A stretch of DNA of 64,000 nucleotides from an uncultured virus (IMG/VR IMGVR_UViG_3300044707_000881) (Duplodnaviria > Heunggongvirae > Uroviricota > Caudoviricetes): the IMG/VR virus record IMGVR_UViG_3300044707_000881; one strand, 5' to 3'. Each line of letters begins with the position of its first letter. Position 1 is the first letter of the stretch. The translations under genes and the position numbers were made by a program. Under the pieces are notes generated by a model. That model made no database searches and was not told the origin of the DNA. It saw nothing but the letters and a program-made list of their open reading frames with translations. This document shows positions 9,409 to 19,397 of this stretch, in pieces.

Positions 9409-10016
9409 AGTCCTAATCTTTGTGCTGCGGCACGCGCTGCGGCTCTTTCTCCTGGAGTTGCACCACGTTGGGCTAAATTACGAATTGCATTGGCACGGCG
9501 GGAAGATACGCCACCGCCCCCGGATGCAGTTCTAGCACCCCCAGATCTTGCTGCCCCAGTTCTAGCCGCGCCAGAACCACGATAAGGATCGTTGCTGGTT
9601 CTTTTGAGTCCAGAAGTTCCGCCACGGGCTAATGCACCGCCGCGAGTTGCTAGACCTCCGCCTCCACCGCCGGGGAAGTCGGAGTTAAAATCTCTCCCAG
9701 CTTGCGCTCTTTGTGCGGCTCTTTGCCTTTGGGGGTTGTTTTGAATAGCGATAGAAGCAAGTGTAGCATCACCCCCCCGCGTCAGCCTACCCCTTCTCCC
9801 CCCTCTGGTTCTATTCTGGTTTGCAGCAGCGCGGGTATTTCGCGCCCGCCCGATGCCTATTCTATTCGCATTACCTAATGCTCCTGCTCCGTCAGGGGAA
9901 GTAATCAAAGTTCCATTACTTACCCCTCGCGTTTGATTGCCGCGTCTGCGTCTGCCACCGCCTCTATTCTGAGTGCCGCCAGCAGCAGTTCGTCTACCTC
10001 GTCCACCTCTAGCCAT
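9405..10016 (-). CDS. Arg/Gly/Ala-rich basic low-complexity (protamine-like) protein
   Basis: MARGGRGRR... start at 10016; very few acidic residues. Confidence 0.65.
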   Translation of the reverse strand: MARGGRGRRTAAGGTQNRGGGRRRRGNQTRGVSNGTLITSPDGAGALGNANRIGIGRARNTRAAANQNRTRGGRRGRLTRGGDATLASIAIQNNPQRQRAAQRAQAGRDFNSDFPGGGGGGLATRGGALARGGTSGLKRTSNDPYRGSGAARTGAARSGGARTASGGGGVSSRRANAIRNLAQRGATPGERAAARAAAQRLGL

Positions 10017-10063
10017 AATAGTCAATCCTAATTTTGTAAATATGTTTATTTTTAGTTTTCCCA

Positions 10064-10393
10064 ATGACGGTATTAGTAAAAACCCGCGCGATTCACTACG
10101 AGTTACTGACTGATGAGAGCGAGATTATTGGCGGCGTGTTTGCTGTTAATCACCGCCAATATATCGAGATAGTTGATTTATTTGTAAACAGAGAATTTCA
10201 AAATCAGGGACACGGGCGATCGCTCATGCAGATAATTTTCGACAATCACCCAAACAAAATACTCTGTTTACAATGCGGGGCTTTTAGCAATGGGTTAAGT
10301 CAGGGCAATTTAGCGGAATGGTATAAGCGGCTGGGATTTGTGGAGGGTACGCCATTTCATCAAGGGGATGGATGGATGCACAAACCTATTTAG
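10064..10393 (+). CDS. GNAT N-acetyltransferase
   Basis: LFVNREFQNQGHGRSLM (motif A) and WYKRLGF. Confidence 0.88.
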   Translation: MTVLVKTRAIHYELLTDESEIIGGVFAVNHRQYIEIVDLFVNREFQNQGHGRSLMQIIFDNHPNKILCLQCGAFSNGLSQGNLAEWYKRLGFVEGTPFHQGDGWMHKPI

Positions 10394-11276
10394 CCGTCAT
10401 CCTTGCTGTGATTTCCGGGAACAGATCACACAATTCTTTTAACTGAACCGGAGCATAACGCGCCATCCATTTATAGTAGGTACTACATAGAGTTTCCGGT
10501 GTGCAGTACCACAGAGTCCGAGGAAATGGCTTACCTTTTTTCTGCGGTATTTGGTGCATTGAGTAGATAGGACTAACAGGCGATTCATTCTCAACAAGTA
10601 ACGCCCAAACATCCATATCCAGCCAATCACCCAACGGTAAGGCGCGAACCCACGGCAGTAAATCTTTTTTATCCTGATCATGAAATTGCAGCATTCCAGC
10701 ACGGGCAATTTCAAACTGTCTATCCATACCCTCAGCACCACGCGCACCCCACATATACATTACGTTGGGGGTTCCGTCACCATACAAATGATGAAATTGG
10801 TAGATACTTTCATAACTAATTGACGTGCCAACATCGCCCCAATCCCAAAAGTTTAACCGTTGTCCACCTTCACCCTTCAGACCGTAGGAATTACCCCAAT
10901 CAATATACTTTTTAACTATTAGTGGAAACGGGTCATCAGTTAGATATTCTTCATAATAAAACCCGTTACCAAATGAGTTTATATAATCCTCCCACTCTGG
11001 CAAAACGTCATAATGTTGTGGGAGTTCCGCCCCACAGTCAATAATTAAATTACAATAATCAACCTCTGCCAATTCTAAAATTATCGCAGTTGCCATTGAA
11101 TCTTTACCATACCCAAACCATAGACCCGGTATGACATCCTGATTAACTTTAGGGTTGTCATACCAAGACTGCACACGCTCAATGGTTTTGTTTTTGAGTG
11201 CCTGAAATTCATCAGTTTTCGCCCGTTTCGCTGCTTCCAGATATTTCTTCTGTGGCAGTGCTTTCGATATTTCCAT
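10386..11276 (-). CDS. PAPS-reductase/PP-loop family protein
   Basis: FGYGKDS PP-loop, WGARGAEGMDR, PLGDWLDMDVW. Confidence 0.8.
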   Translation of the reverse strand: MEISKALPQKKYLEAAKRAKTDEFQALKNKTIERVQSWYDNPKVNQDVIPGLWFGYGKDSMATAIILELAEVDYCNLIIDCGAELPQHYDVLPEWEDYINSFGNGFYYEEYLTDDPFPLIVKKYIDWGNSYGLKGEGGQRLNFWDWGDVGTSISYESIYQFHHLYGDGTPNVMYMWGARGAEGMDRQFEIARAGMLQFHDQDKKDLLPWVRALPLGDWLDMDVWALLVENESPVSPIYSMHQIPQKKGKPFPRTLWYCTPETLCSTYYKWMARYAPVQLKELCDLFPEITARMTAK

Positions 11277-11922
11277 CTCCCCAAATATCCCCTTCTAAAA
11301 TATTTTCAGGCACATCATAATTTCCCCAATTCAACACATCTTCTTCCGTGTGCTGGTTTTCTTCTTGGGTTTCTTTGCTGTCATCTTCTTCTTGGTTGTC
11401 GTCGCTTTCTTCTTGTGCATCATGGATCAATTTCTCCAATTCTTCTAAGGGTAAATCGGCATCTAGTTTTAATTGTTGAATACAAGCTAACGCCAATTCT
11501 CGCGCCATTCTGTCTTGTGAGTTTTTAAGAACAGCAACAATAAACGCCTTGCAAATATCCAACTGACGGCGGACATCACCCATTTTTGATAGGCGAACCG
11601 CGCCATCTGCTAAAGCTAAAGTTCCCTGAAATGCTGCTAACATTCCGGTTAGATCAAGCCCCAAAAGCCGCAGTTTTAACTCTTCGACAAACTCAAAAGT
11701 TAGCTCCCCTTGTTCAACTAAAATTTCACACGCTTGGAGTAAAGTTTTACCCTCTTTGGAGAATTTACCAGCGCCTTCAATTTGGCTAAGAATCCGACCA
11801 TGAGCAACATAGAAACTTTCACGGACAATAGTTTCAAAGTCATGATCCTCCGCATCCGTGAAAGCGTCGCGCCATTTCCCAGACAACCTTTTCCCGTAGA
11901 GTCCGTCATTCTTCTTTGGCAT
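11212..11922 (-). CDS. Hypothetical protein (terminase small subunit candidate)
   Basis: Helical protein with acidic tail in a late operon; function is inference only. Confidence 0.45.
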   Translation of the reverse strand: MPKKNDGLYGKRLSGKWRDAFTDAEDHDFETIVRESFYVAHGRILSQIEGAGKFSKEGKTLLQACEILVEQGELTFEFVEELKLRLLGLDLTGMLAAFQGTLALADGAVRLSKMGDVRRQLDICKAFIVAVLKNSQDRMARELALACIQQLKLDADLPLEELEKLIHDAQEESDDNQEEDDSKETQEENQHTEEDVLNWGNYDVPENILEGDIWGDGNIESTATEEISGSSETGEN

Positions 11923-12208
11923 TACGAATTAACCAAACTACTTGGGTGATCACCTTGTTTACTTCTTGCATTGCTTTAGAACGGCGGCCATGCCTGATAT
12001 TGTTCTTTCCACATTTAGATTTATCGCGTGGTCCGGTGGACTTCTCCCAAGGTTTATTTGCCAAGCATCGCCGCCGACAATCTTCAATGTATTCAGGTGA
12101 TAGATTTCGCTTGTACTTTTTTGGCGGGTATTTTTTAGCCTTGAACAGTTCCATAAACTTGTCAGAATCCAATGTTTTCGGCTGTGATTGGTTCGGCTGC
12201 GCTGTCAT
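11906..12208 (-). CDS. Small basic protein with STGPR...N..HG motif
   Basis: KSTGPRDKSKCGKNNIRHGRRS resembles HGGxSTG-like motifs. Confidence 0.5.
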   Translation of the reverse strand: MTAQPNQSQPKTLDSDKFMELFKAKKYPPKKYKRNLSPEYIEDCRRRCLANKPWEKSTGPRDKSKCGKNNIRHGRRSKAMQEVNKVITQVVWLIRNAKEE

Positions 12209-13139
12209 TTACTGCCACTCCTAATTCAGTAATCATCATGTCTACTATCTTTAGAATTACCTGACTCCGGTATTGTTGAACCATACCATCAGTTGAGATG
12301 CCAACTTGGGGCGCGAGTTGGTCAAGTTTGGATCTAAATGGTGCTAAGTCGGATTTATCGAGAAAGATATAAAACTGTGTTTGTTCGCCCTTTCCGGTGT
12401 AGTTGATACTTTGGACGCTGGCAACATCCGCCACGTTTTCAGTCTCAACTGTGACTTTTTCCGCAGGTGGTGGAGGCGTGTAATCACTTCTACTGGGTGT
12501 TACGTCAATCGTGGTGTTATTGGAATTTTGATCAGAATATTTATCATCATCAAAATCGTAGTTGCCCGTTTCTTCCTGTTCCTCTAACTCTTCGGGTTCT
12601 TCCGTCTTCCGTACCAGAAACGCTTGCATAAACGAGTTAGCAGTGCCAGAATCCCAACCCGCACTTTTTAGCTGCTTCTTAGGCATTTGTGCAAGGATAG
12701 CGGCTATTTTGCCGGGGTCATCACGTCCATCATGGGATGTGTTGTTAAGTCGAAGCAAAGCCGATTTTTGGCTAAGTTCATCGAGTGTTACGGGGACAAT
12801 TGGAATAGTTGCCCAATATTCAGCGCAAAACCGCTCTTGGTGCTTGTGAGAAACTTTGTCCCTCCCTGTACCTTTGATCCACCGCTCCCACTCTTTCAAG
12901 AAAAAGTCTTCATCCTGTTGACTTAGCCAGTCCGCACCCTGAACCCGTCCATGTCCAGAGATGAGATAGCCAAAACTACCGTCTAAATTCCGTTGAATTG
13001 TAGGGTAAATTAACCACCCGAAGTCTAGGAGTGAGTCACGAATCCAAGGCAAATCATTCTCTTCTGAATGTTCGCGGGGATTCTCAGGGTGAAACTTTGC
13101 CAACACGCCGGATGTTGGAAGGCGTAAAACTTCACTCAT
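12162..13139 (-). CDS. ParB-like protein (modification-associated type)
   Basis: HPENPREH...SLLDFGW...LISGHGRVQGA. Confidence 0.8.
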   Translation of the reverse strand: MSEVLRLPTSGVLAKFHPENPREHSEENDLPWIRDSLLDFGWLIYPTIQRNLDGSFGYLISGHGRVQGADWLSQQDEDFFLKEWERWIKGTGRDKVSHKHQERFCAEYWATIPIVPVTLDELSQKSALLRLNNTSHDGRDDPGKIAAILAQMPKKQLKSAGWDSGTANSFMQAFLVRKTEEPEELEEQEETGNYDFDDDKYSDQNSNNTTIDVTPSRSDYTPPPPAEKVTVETENVADVASVQSINYTGKGEQTQFYIFLDKSDLAPFRSKLDQLAPQVGISTDGMVQQYRSQVILKIVDMMITELGVAVNDSAAEPITAENIGF

Positions 13140-14254
13140 TTTTTAACAACCTCTACCGCTTTTTGTGAGTGAATCATTGCTTCATGCAGCGATTTTAACG
13201 CCGCTTCAACATGAGTAGAATCACCACAGGTTTTCATCACCCAGTCAGCAAGCCCGGTAAACTTGCTGGTAACTTGCCATTGTTGTTGTACTATCGTCAT
13301 TCGTTTTCTCGATAGATTTATTGAATCATTGATAACATAATTCTTAGCCCACAGGGAAGCGGTGCTGTGGTCAATTCCTAAATAGGTTTCGCACCAGTAG
13401 GAACTTTTGCCGTTAGCGATCGCATCAATTGCCCTAATCTTCAATTCCTTAGAATAGCCACGCCTCCCAATTGGCGCGGGGTTGTCCCTGAATTGAGTCT
13501 GGCAGGACTTGCACAAATAGCCCTGTTTACCGTCACGTTTACCATTTTTAATAGTTTGATAATCTTTGCAATTTGGACATTGAACCCGCCCAAGTGCCAT
13601 CAACTTTAGTTTTCGTAAAGCGTCAGACTCAATGCGGCGTAACTCCCTCAATTTAATATTGTGAATTTGGCACAGCATTTTGACGGGAATATGGTCAATG
13701 TATAAATCTCGGATAATTGTGGCGTGAAGTTCTGGCAGTTTGTCAAGTAGGGGGAGAATTGAATCTAATTCCTCTTGTTGTTCTGCCGTCAGTTGTTTAG
13801 GCAACTCAGGATTATTCTGATTGCAAGCCATCGCCGCCTCTTTGGCGACTTGCAAGGATATCTCAAGTTCTAAAGCAGCCTGTTCATAAGTTACGCCGTG
13901 CTTTTGGGCGTATCGCTTTAGTTTTTGGTGAGTTTCTTGTAACTGACGCGGGACTTTTACTATCCGCGCTTTATCCCTGACAAATTGCGCCATTGCACCA
14001 TAGATAAAGGGAACAGCGTAACTGGACAGCTTGATTTTCTTGGCAGGGTCAAACCTCTCCACCGCTTTGATCAACCCCTCCGCACCAATTTGTATCAGAT
14101 CTTCTCTTGGGACTGTGCAGCAAGCGGTCATTTTCCCTGCGACATGACCGACCAGTCCCATATTCATCTCAACTATTTTATTTCTCAGTCGGATGTCCCT
14201 GGTTTGGTGAAAATTAATTAAAAGTTGCTGGTTGTCTAAGTATGCCGCGTCCAT
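13136..14254 (-). CDS. SigF/SigJ-like sigma factor fused to IS1 InsA-like Zn-ribbon/HTH
   Basis: EDLIQIG..GLIKAVERFDP..LSSYAVPFI region 2; C-terminal CPNC..IKNGKRDGKQGYLCKSC plus HTH. Confidence 0.85.
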   Translation of the reverse strand: MDAAYLDNQQLLINFHQTRDIRLRNKIVEMNMGLVGHVAGKMTACCTVPREDLIQIGAEGLIKAVERFDPAKKIKLSSYAVPFIYGAMAQFVRDKARIVKVPRQLQETHQKLKRYAQKHGVTYEQAALELEISLQVAKEAAMACNQNNPELPKQLTAEQQEELDSILPLLDKLPELHATIIRDLYIDHIPVKMLCQIHNIKLRELRRIESDALRKLKLMALGRVQCPNCKDYQTIKNGKRDGKQGYLCKSCQTQFRDNPAPIGRRGYSKELKIRAIDAIANGKSSYWCETYLGIDHSTASLWAKNYVINDSINLSRKRMTIVQQQWQVTSKFTGLADWVMKTCGDSTHVEAALKSLHEAMIHSQKAVEVVKK

Positions 14255-14640
14255 TTATTCCAAATTTAGTAATTACCTTTAAATTACCCAGTCCTGGCGT
14301 GTTTGTCACTGATCCAGAAACAGGAAACCCAGTGCAAACCACAACCGATGTAGTTGTCGAAGCATGGATGGAGGGTAACGCCGCAGTCAAGCCCGAACCA
14401 GGGCAAAATCCAAATGTGGTTAATTTACGCGGCTATGCTGTAAAACCTCGACTACTGCCAACTGAGTTGATCCGCAAACAGTCGGAAGCGTCAGCAGTTT
14501 ATACCGATCCTCTCACTGGTAATGAGCAGACGGGAAAGTTTACTTTACAACCGCAATTCGACGGTAAACGTCCCAGAGTCACCAAGGCTTTAGCCCGTGC
14601 TTTGGGGGCGGAATTACAAGGTACTTTTGAGTTTGGGTAA
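14242..14640 (+). CDS. Putative head-tail connector/closure protein
   Basis: Position before gp10-like gene; paralog fragment at 21579. Confidence 0.5.
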   Translation: MPRPFIPNLVITFKLPSPGVFVTDPETGNPVQTTTDVVVEAWMEGNAAVKPEPGQNPNVVNLRGYAVKPRLLPTELIRKQSEASAVYTDPLTGNEQTGKFTLQPQFDGKRPRVTKALARALGAELQGTFEFG

Positions 14641-14641
14641 T

Positions 14642-14926
14642 ATGCCGATTTGGAGAAGTTGGACACCACCGCAATTAACCGTAACCATTGCCGATTACCA
14701 ATGGTCAGCACCTTACGCCTATGATGTTCATGAACGACAAGGAAACCGATGGACTGATCGGGCGTTAGTTGGTAGTGATTTAACTGCGGTTTTTAAAAAT
14801 AACTACCAAACTACTCTAGACATGGCATTTATCCAAACCGCATATTATTTGAATCAACGATTTTTAGATGAAGTGCCTCAAAGAACCGGAACATTAAAAG
14901 CGTCACAATCCATGAAGTTATCATGA
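14642..14926 (+). CDS. HK97 gp10-like neck protein
   Basis: VPQRTGTLKAS motif; ATG at 14642. Confidence 0.5.
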   Translation: MPIWRSWTPPQLTVTIADYQWSAPYAYDVHERQGNRWTDRALVGSDLTAVFKNNYQTTLDMAFIQTAYYLNQRFLDEVPQRTGTLKASQSMKLS

Positions 14927-15336
14927 TCAAAAACATCCACGCCGCGCCGGAACTTAGAGCCGTAATTGTTGACTTACTAGCACAGGAACTCGGCACTTTT
15001 GGCAACGGTCAACCTGCTGTTTGGGTAGAACCTCCGTCAGCACCAAAAGGCGCGGTCAGTGGTGGGTTAGAGGTGAGTATTGTTAGGTTTAAAAATGTTT
15101 CTAGCAGTTCTTTGATGCTGAATAATCAACAAGAACAACGGTATGAGTGGGTGGTTTCTGTTAAGACAACAGGCGATAGAACGGCGTTGGAGTATTCTAA
15201 ATTCAATAGCGCTATAGACAAAATGCGGCGATATTTCCCCCGTCGTAGAGAGTCAATATCGCCGTTTAGTGAAACTGATAATTTAATTGCAACTTTTAGA
15301 TTGAGCGAGTTAGAAGTTTTGAATAATTATTTATAG
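14923..15336 (+). CDS. Putative tail terminator/neck protein
   Basis: ATGA overlap, size and position. Confidence 0.45.
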   Translation: MIKNIHAAPELRAVIVDLLAQELGTFGNGQPAVWVEPPSAPKGAVSGGLEVSIVRFKNVSSSSLMLNNQQEQRYEWVVSVKTTGDRTALEYSKFNSAIDKMRRYFPRRRESISPFSETDNLIATFRLSELEVLNNYL

Positions 15337-15542
15337 GTGAGGTAAATGGGCGGGGCATATTTCGGGTTATTCGTTGCCATGTGACAAGGTTAAAAAATGT
15401 CCGGGCGAACGGGATTGGTGGTAATTATTGAAGTTTAAATCATGTTATTATTTATGAATACCCAAAAACGCGACTATTCAAAGTGGCCACGTTTTTATTA
15501 TCGGGTATTCGACCGCTCATTTAGTTTAGGGAACAAGCGATC

Positions 15543-16397
15543 ATGGTTAATAGTTTAGCTCAAAAAGACTTCATCGTTTACGACAAAGAAGCTCAAAAAT
15601 TTAAGGTAGATCACAGCAGAGAGGGGTTTGTTTATATAATCCGTGCAGTAGGAACGAATAGGATAAAGATTGGTTTTAGCAAAGATCCCGAAAAGCGTTT
15701 AGCATCACTAACGTCGCCTCAAATGCCGTTTGATCTAGAACTCGTTTACAAAGAATGGTTTATAGATGCTTACGCGCTAGAACAGTGTATGCACAAAACA
15801 TTTCATAGGTACAGGGTAAAAGGTGAATGGTTTGAAATCCCCATAGATATAGAAGATTGTGTTGACGATCATGATGGAATAGAGTACAAATTTTGTTCTG
15901 TGTATCAAGATGAGTACGAAAATGAGTTTTGGGGTAACAAAATTTATCACCCATACCCGATTGAAAGTGTGTTAATCAGAATAGGATTAAACGAATTTTT
16001 CGACGATGTAGTTAGACCAGTCGTAACAGAATTTGTAAAATGTTTCGCCACTGCCTGTAATATTGACGACAAACGAGCATGGAACGGATTTGATGCGAAT
16101 TTATCCAGCTTATTACAGGATAAACTGGAATATATTTCTGTCTGTTCAACAGAACCTGACTTTTTAAGCAAAGCAACTAAATGGATGTTTGACGAGTTGA
16201 ACACCGTAGTGTTTTATTCAATTGAGGCTAAATATACGGATCAAGACATGGGCTATGGAAAAGAATCATGGAAGGGGATGGGCGGACTAACCTATCAGAT
16301 GGGCGTTATAGCTGGAGTAATCGAAACCTGCCGCAATGCTATCCAAATCCTCAGAGAACTAGGGGGTGAAATAAAACCTCAACCCACTGTCAACTAA
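15543..16397 (+). CDS. T5orf172/GIY-YIG-like protein
   Basis: GFVYII..KIGFSKDPEKRL..LE..H..F...RVKGEWF. Confidence 0.85.
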   Translation: MVNSLAQKDFIVYDKEAQKFKVDHSREGFVYIIRAVGTNRIKIGFSKDPEKRLASLTSPQMPFDLELVYKEWFIDAYALEQCMHKTFHRYRVKGEWFEIPIDIEDCVDDHDGIEYKFCSVYQDEYENEFWGNKIYHPYPIESVLIRIGLNEFFDDVVRPVVTEFVKCFATACNIDDKRAWNGFDANLSSLLQDKLEYISVCSTEPDFLSKATKWMFDELNTVVFYSIEAKYTDQDMGYGKESWKGMGGLTYQMGVIAGVIETCRNAIQILRELGGEIKPQPTVN

Positions 16398-16828
16398 AAC
16401 CCAATAACTCATAATAAAACCACCTCCTGATTTTGTCTGAGAAGTGGTTTTATTTCACCAATTATCACTATTTGGCTAATCCCAAAACCCTTACCCTGCC
16501 TACGTTCCCAGCTTTCCCTACAGAATCTTATTCATGGTTGCCAAAAGTGAAGAATTTAATTAATTTTTTCTTCTGATTGATCTGTTTCCCCTAAAATCCT
16601 CTTTTTGATTAAACGCATTTAAGTTATATGGCATGAAGAAAAAGATTCTGTATGGAAAATCCAGAACCTAGTCACAGCAAGGGTTATTGAAATATTGATA
16701 ATCTTATCGAAATAGCCTATAATACCCATAACGGACAAAACGCCCCAGTGGCTCTGAACCCACCAAGACGTTTTTTATCAGTCCGCTCAATCTGCTCATT
16801 TTTCACCCGCACAGATCAAGAAATATAT

Positions 16829-17707
16829 ATGAATCTTAACGTAAAACTCCCAGAATTGCAAGGTACAACCGTACTCACCCGCCAACAAATTTTAGACACC
16901 CGTGAAATGGCGTTTGGTGCGGCGGACAAGATGAGCGATCGCCAACTTCTAACCCACATGGGGATATTAAACTCATTGATATGGCGGGCTGCTACTGACT
17001 ATCAGGCTATACGCAAGGATAACGACGGCGTGGAAAGGATTATTCCTGAGAACTGGAATAATTTATTAGCCTGTTCGGTTCAGGGTGAGGTACAAATAAC
17101 AATCCCTATTGACTGGACTGACAAGTATTTAAAAACCTATTGGACGGGCGCGTTCCATGACCAGAAAACCGTGAGAACCTACCGGAAACAGCAGTTATCA
17201 TGGGGACTATTTTATTTTGATATTGAGAACCGTCCCAAGGGCGCTATGTGGGGAGCATTCACAGGCACTCCCAACCAAGGAATAGCTACACCGCCCGTAT
17301 TAGAACGGGTTGACGTTGCCAGAATATTAATTTTTTATCAGATGTTTGATCAAATTAGGCGCTCCAAAATTAACGAAAAACTTAAAAATTCTGAGGATGT
17401 AACCGCGTTTAACTGTATGCCGGATCATGGCGGTATGGTGATGGTTGAACTCTACAACGCCTTATTTTTTGGTGTCTCAGAGTTTTTTGGGGGTTCTTAT
17501 GGGAGTTCCGATATAGTCATTGGGAGCATAGAGCCATTGCCAGCGACTAAAGTTATTGTGTGGCAGTGGCAGAAACGAAAAGGACTGTTTAGGGCATTGT
17601 GGGAACGGATGGTGATTAAGGCTGGATTTGTTGCTAAACAGGCGTTAAAGATTGTCACTCAGATGGTAGTCGAGCCGCTGGGAGAATTAGTAGAAGTTCC
17701 GTTTTAA
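16829..17707 (+). CDS. Hypothetical protein, paralog of 46194-47015 (replication-initiator candidate)
   Basis: Shared motifs W.GA, WG..DF, PP.LE..D, P.H.G..M..L...LF.G; promoter TTGATA-17-TATAAT at 16695-16723. Confidence 0.6.
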   Translation: MNLNVKLPELQGTTVLTRQQILDTREMAFGAADKMSDRQLLTHMGILNSLIWRAATDYQAIRKDNDGVERIIPENWNNLLACSVQGEVQITIPIDWTDKYLKTYWTGAFHDQKTVRTYRKQQLSWGLFYFDIENRPKGAMWGAFTGTPNQGIATPPVLERVDVARILIFYQMFDQIRRSKINEKLKNSEDVTAFNCMPDHGGMVMVELYNALFFGVSEFFGGSYGSSDIVIGSIEPLPATKVIVWQWQKRKGLFRALWERMVIKAGFVAKQALKIVTQMVVEPLGELVEVPF

Positions 17708-17755
17708 ATGTCCAATTTTCTCCGATAATAATGTTAGTTAATTCTTGAAAATAAG

Positions 17756-18274
17756 ATGAACAATAATAATTATGGAATGTCTCAAACACGAGACAAATGT
17801 TATGGCGTAGCCGCTTGTCTTACCTATTGGGCTTTCAAGTGCCGTGACAGAAAACGTAGTCCAGCGATGGGTACTAAAACCTGGACTTACTTGGAATCAA
17901 GTATTAGAAACTCTGCTGAAATATCAACTAATTTAGAAGATTATTTGCAGCGACTTTGTGATAAACTTTGTTCACAATTACGCCCAATCGAGTTAACAAA
18001 AATAATTCAGCCAACACAACGGATACTAAGAGTAAATGAAGATGCGACGGAAATCAAGGAACTTCCCGTTGACCAAAATCTTGTATTTATGGGATGGTTG
18101 GATTTAATTGCTGACATTCAACCACACGGATTTACCGAGTGGGATGTACTTGAACTACTGAGAACCAAAGCAGGGATTATTCAAGTAATTTGTAGATTAC
18201 GGTTTGAGGAAGACCGCAGTTTAGGGTTAGATGAACCAGAAGAGTTTATAGAAGTTGAGGTGACAAATGTTTGA
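17756..18274 (+). CDS. Type IV-B small subunit (Cas11-like)
   Basis: Helical 172 aa, first gene of the csf operon, overlaps csf2. Confidence 0.55.
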   Translation: MNNNNYGMSQTRDKCYGVAACLTYWAFKCRDRKRSPAMGTKTWTYLESSIRNSAEISTNLEDYLQRLCDKLCSQLRPIELTKIIQPTQRILRVNEDATEIKELPVDQNLVFMGWLDLIADIQPHGFTEWDVLELLRTKAGIIQVICRLRFEEDRSLGLDEPEEFIEVEVTNV

Positions 18275-19397
18275 TAATTACGATGTTTTTGACCGTGAAA
18301 GATTGACATTGCATTGTGTAATTACGACACAAACGCCACTTTCACATATTGGGGAAGTGTCGGGAAATGTGAGCAATTTAAAAACATTAAAATTACTGGA
18401 TTTTGAAGGTAATCCCAGAAGTGTTTTCACCTATTCTGGAAATGCCTTGAGAAATGGTTTGTTACGGCGTGTAGGTGTAGCTGCGGCGTTAACTGAATTA
18501 GGATTACAGGTAAATCCTGATACACACCATACAATGTTTGCAGGTGGCAGGATTGATGCCGGTACAGCTTCAGATATGGAACTTGATAAAAAGATCCGGG
18601 TTCTAATGCCTTGGTTGTCGGTCTTAGGAACTGCTAAACCTGCTAAAGTGTTTGGTTCTAAAGATGCCCAAATGGTGCAAGGTAGGATTAATGTAGGTTC
18701 TGCTTACTTGGCTTGTTATGAGTCAGCAGAGTACATCTACAATCAGATACCAGCAATATTACCACCGGAAATACAACCCGCTATTCAGAAGCTAATTGAG
18801 GCTAAAAATAAATTATCTTCAGACCCATTCACTCCCACAAAAACTGAAGATTTGGATAATTGGAATCAAGCAAAAAATGACTACTTGCCTTTGATTAGAA
18901 AAGTAATGAAAACATGGTCTGAATATTTAACGGTTGATCAAACTACCCGCAGAGATGCAACTTTAGATCCTAATTTGATTAAATTTCTGCCAACAGAAGT
19001 ACAGGCGCAACTCAAGGGAGATGGTGCAGCTAAAGAGAAAAAATCGGATCAAATGATTGCTTCCGATAGATTAATTATGCCAGGAGCAAAACTATACTCA
19101 AGATGGGATTTGAACTGTACGCAAGTTGAGCAGGGATGGATTTTTGATACTTTATTGAAGTTTGCACAATTCCCGTATTTAGGTGGTAAAGGCAATCGCG
19201 GAAATGGTCGAGTCAGCATGAATTTCTGGTTTAGTTCTGAGTCAGAACGTGGTTTATTGTGGAGTTCTGAAAGTGGTGTAGAGAGCGATAGATTTAACCT
19301 GGCACACGCTAAATATAGAGAATATATCAATCAATATCAACAGTTTTTGAGTGAGGCGAAAACATCAACTGAGTTAAGGAGTTTGTTGGGTGGATAA
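18267..19397 (+). CDS. csf2: Type IV Cas7 RAMP (Csf2)
   Basis: TPLSH...YSGNALRNGLLRR...MFAGG and Gly-rich loop YLGGKGNRGNGRV. Confidence 0.85.
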   Translation: MFDNYDVFDRERLTLHCVITTQTPLSHIGEVSGNVSNLKTLKLLDFEGNPRSVFTYSGNALRNGLLRRVGVAAALTELGLQVNPDTHHTMFAGGRIDAGTASDMELDKKIRVLMPWLSVLGTAKPAKVFGSKDAQMVQGRINVGSAYLACYESAEYIYNQIPAILPPEIQPAIQKLIEAKNKLSSDPFTPTKTEDLDNWNQAKNDYLPLIRKVMKTWSEYLTVDQTTRRDATLDPNLIKFLPTEVQAQLKGDGAAKEKKSDQMIASDRLIMPGAKLYSRWDLNCTQVEQGWIFDTLLKFAQFPYLGGKGNRGNGRVSMNFWFSSESERGLLWSSESGVESDRFNLAHAKYREYINQYQQFLSEAKTSTELRSLLGG

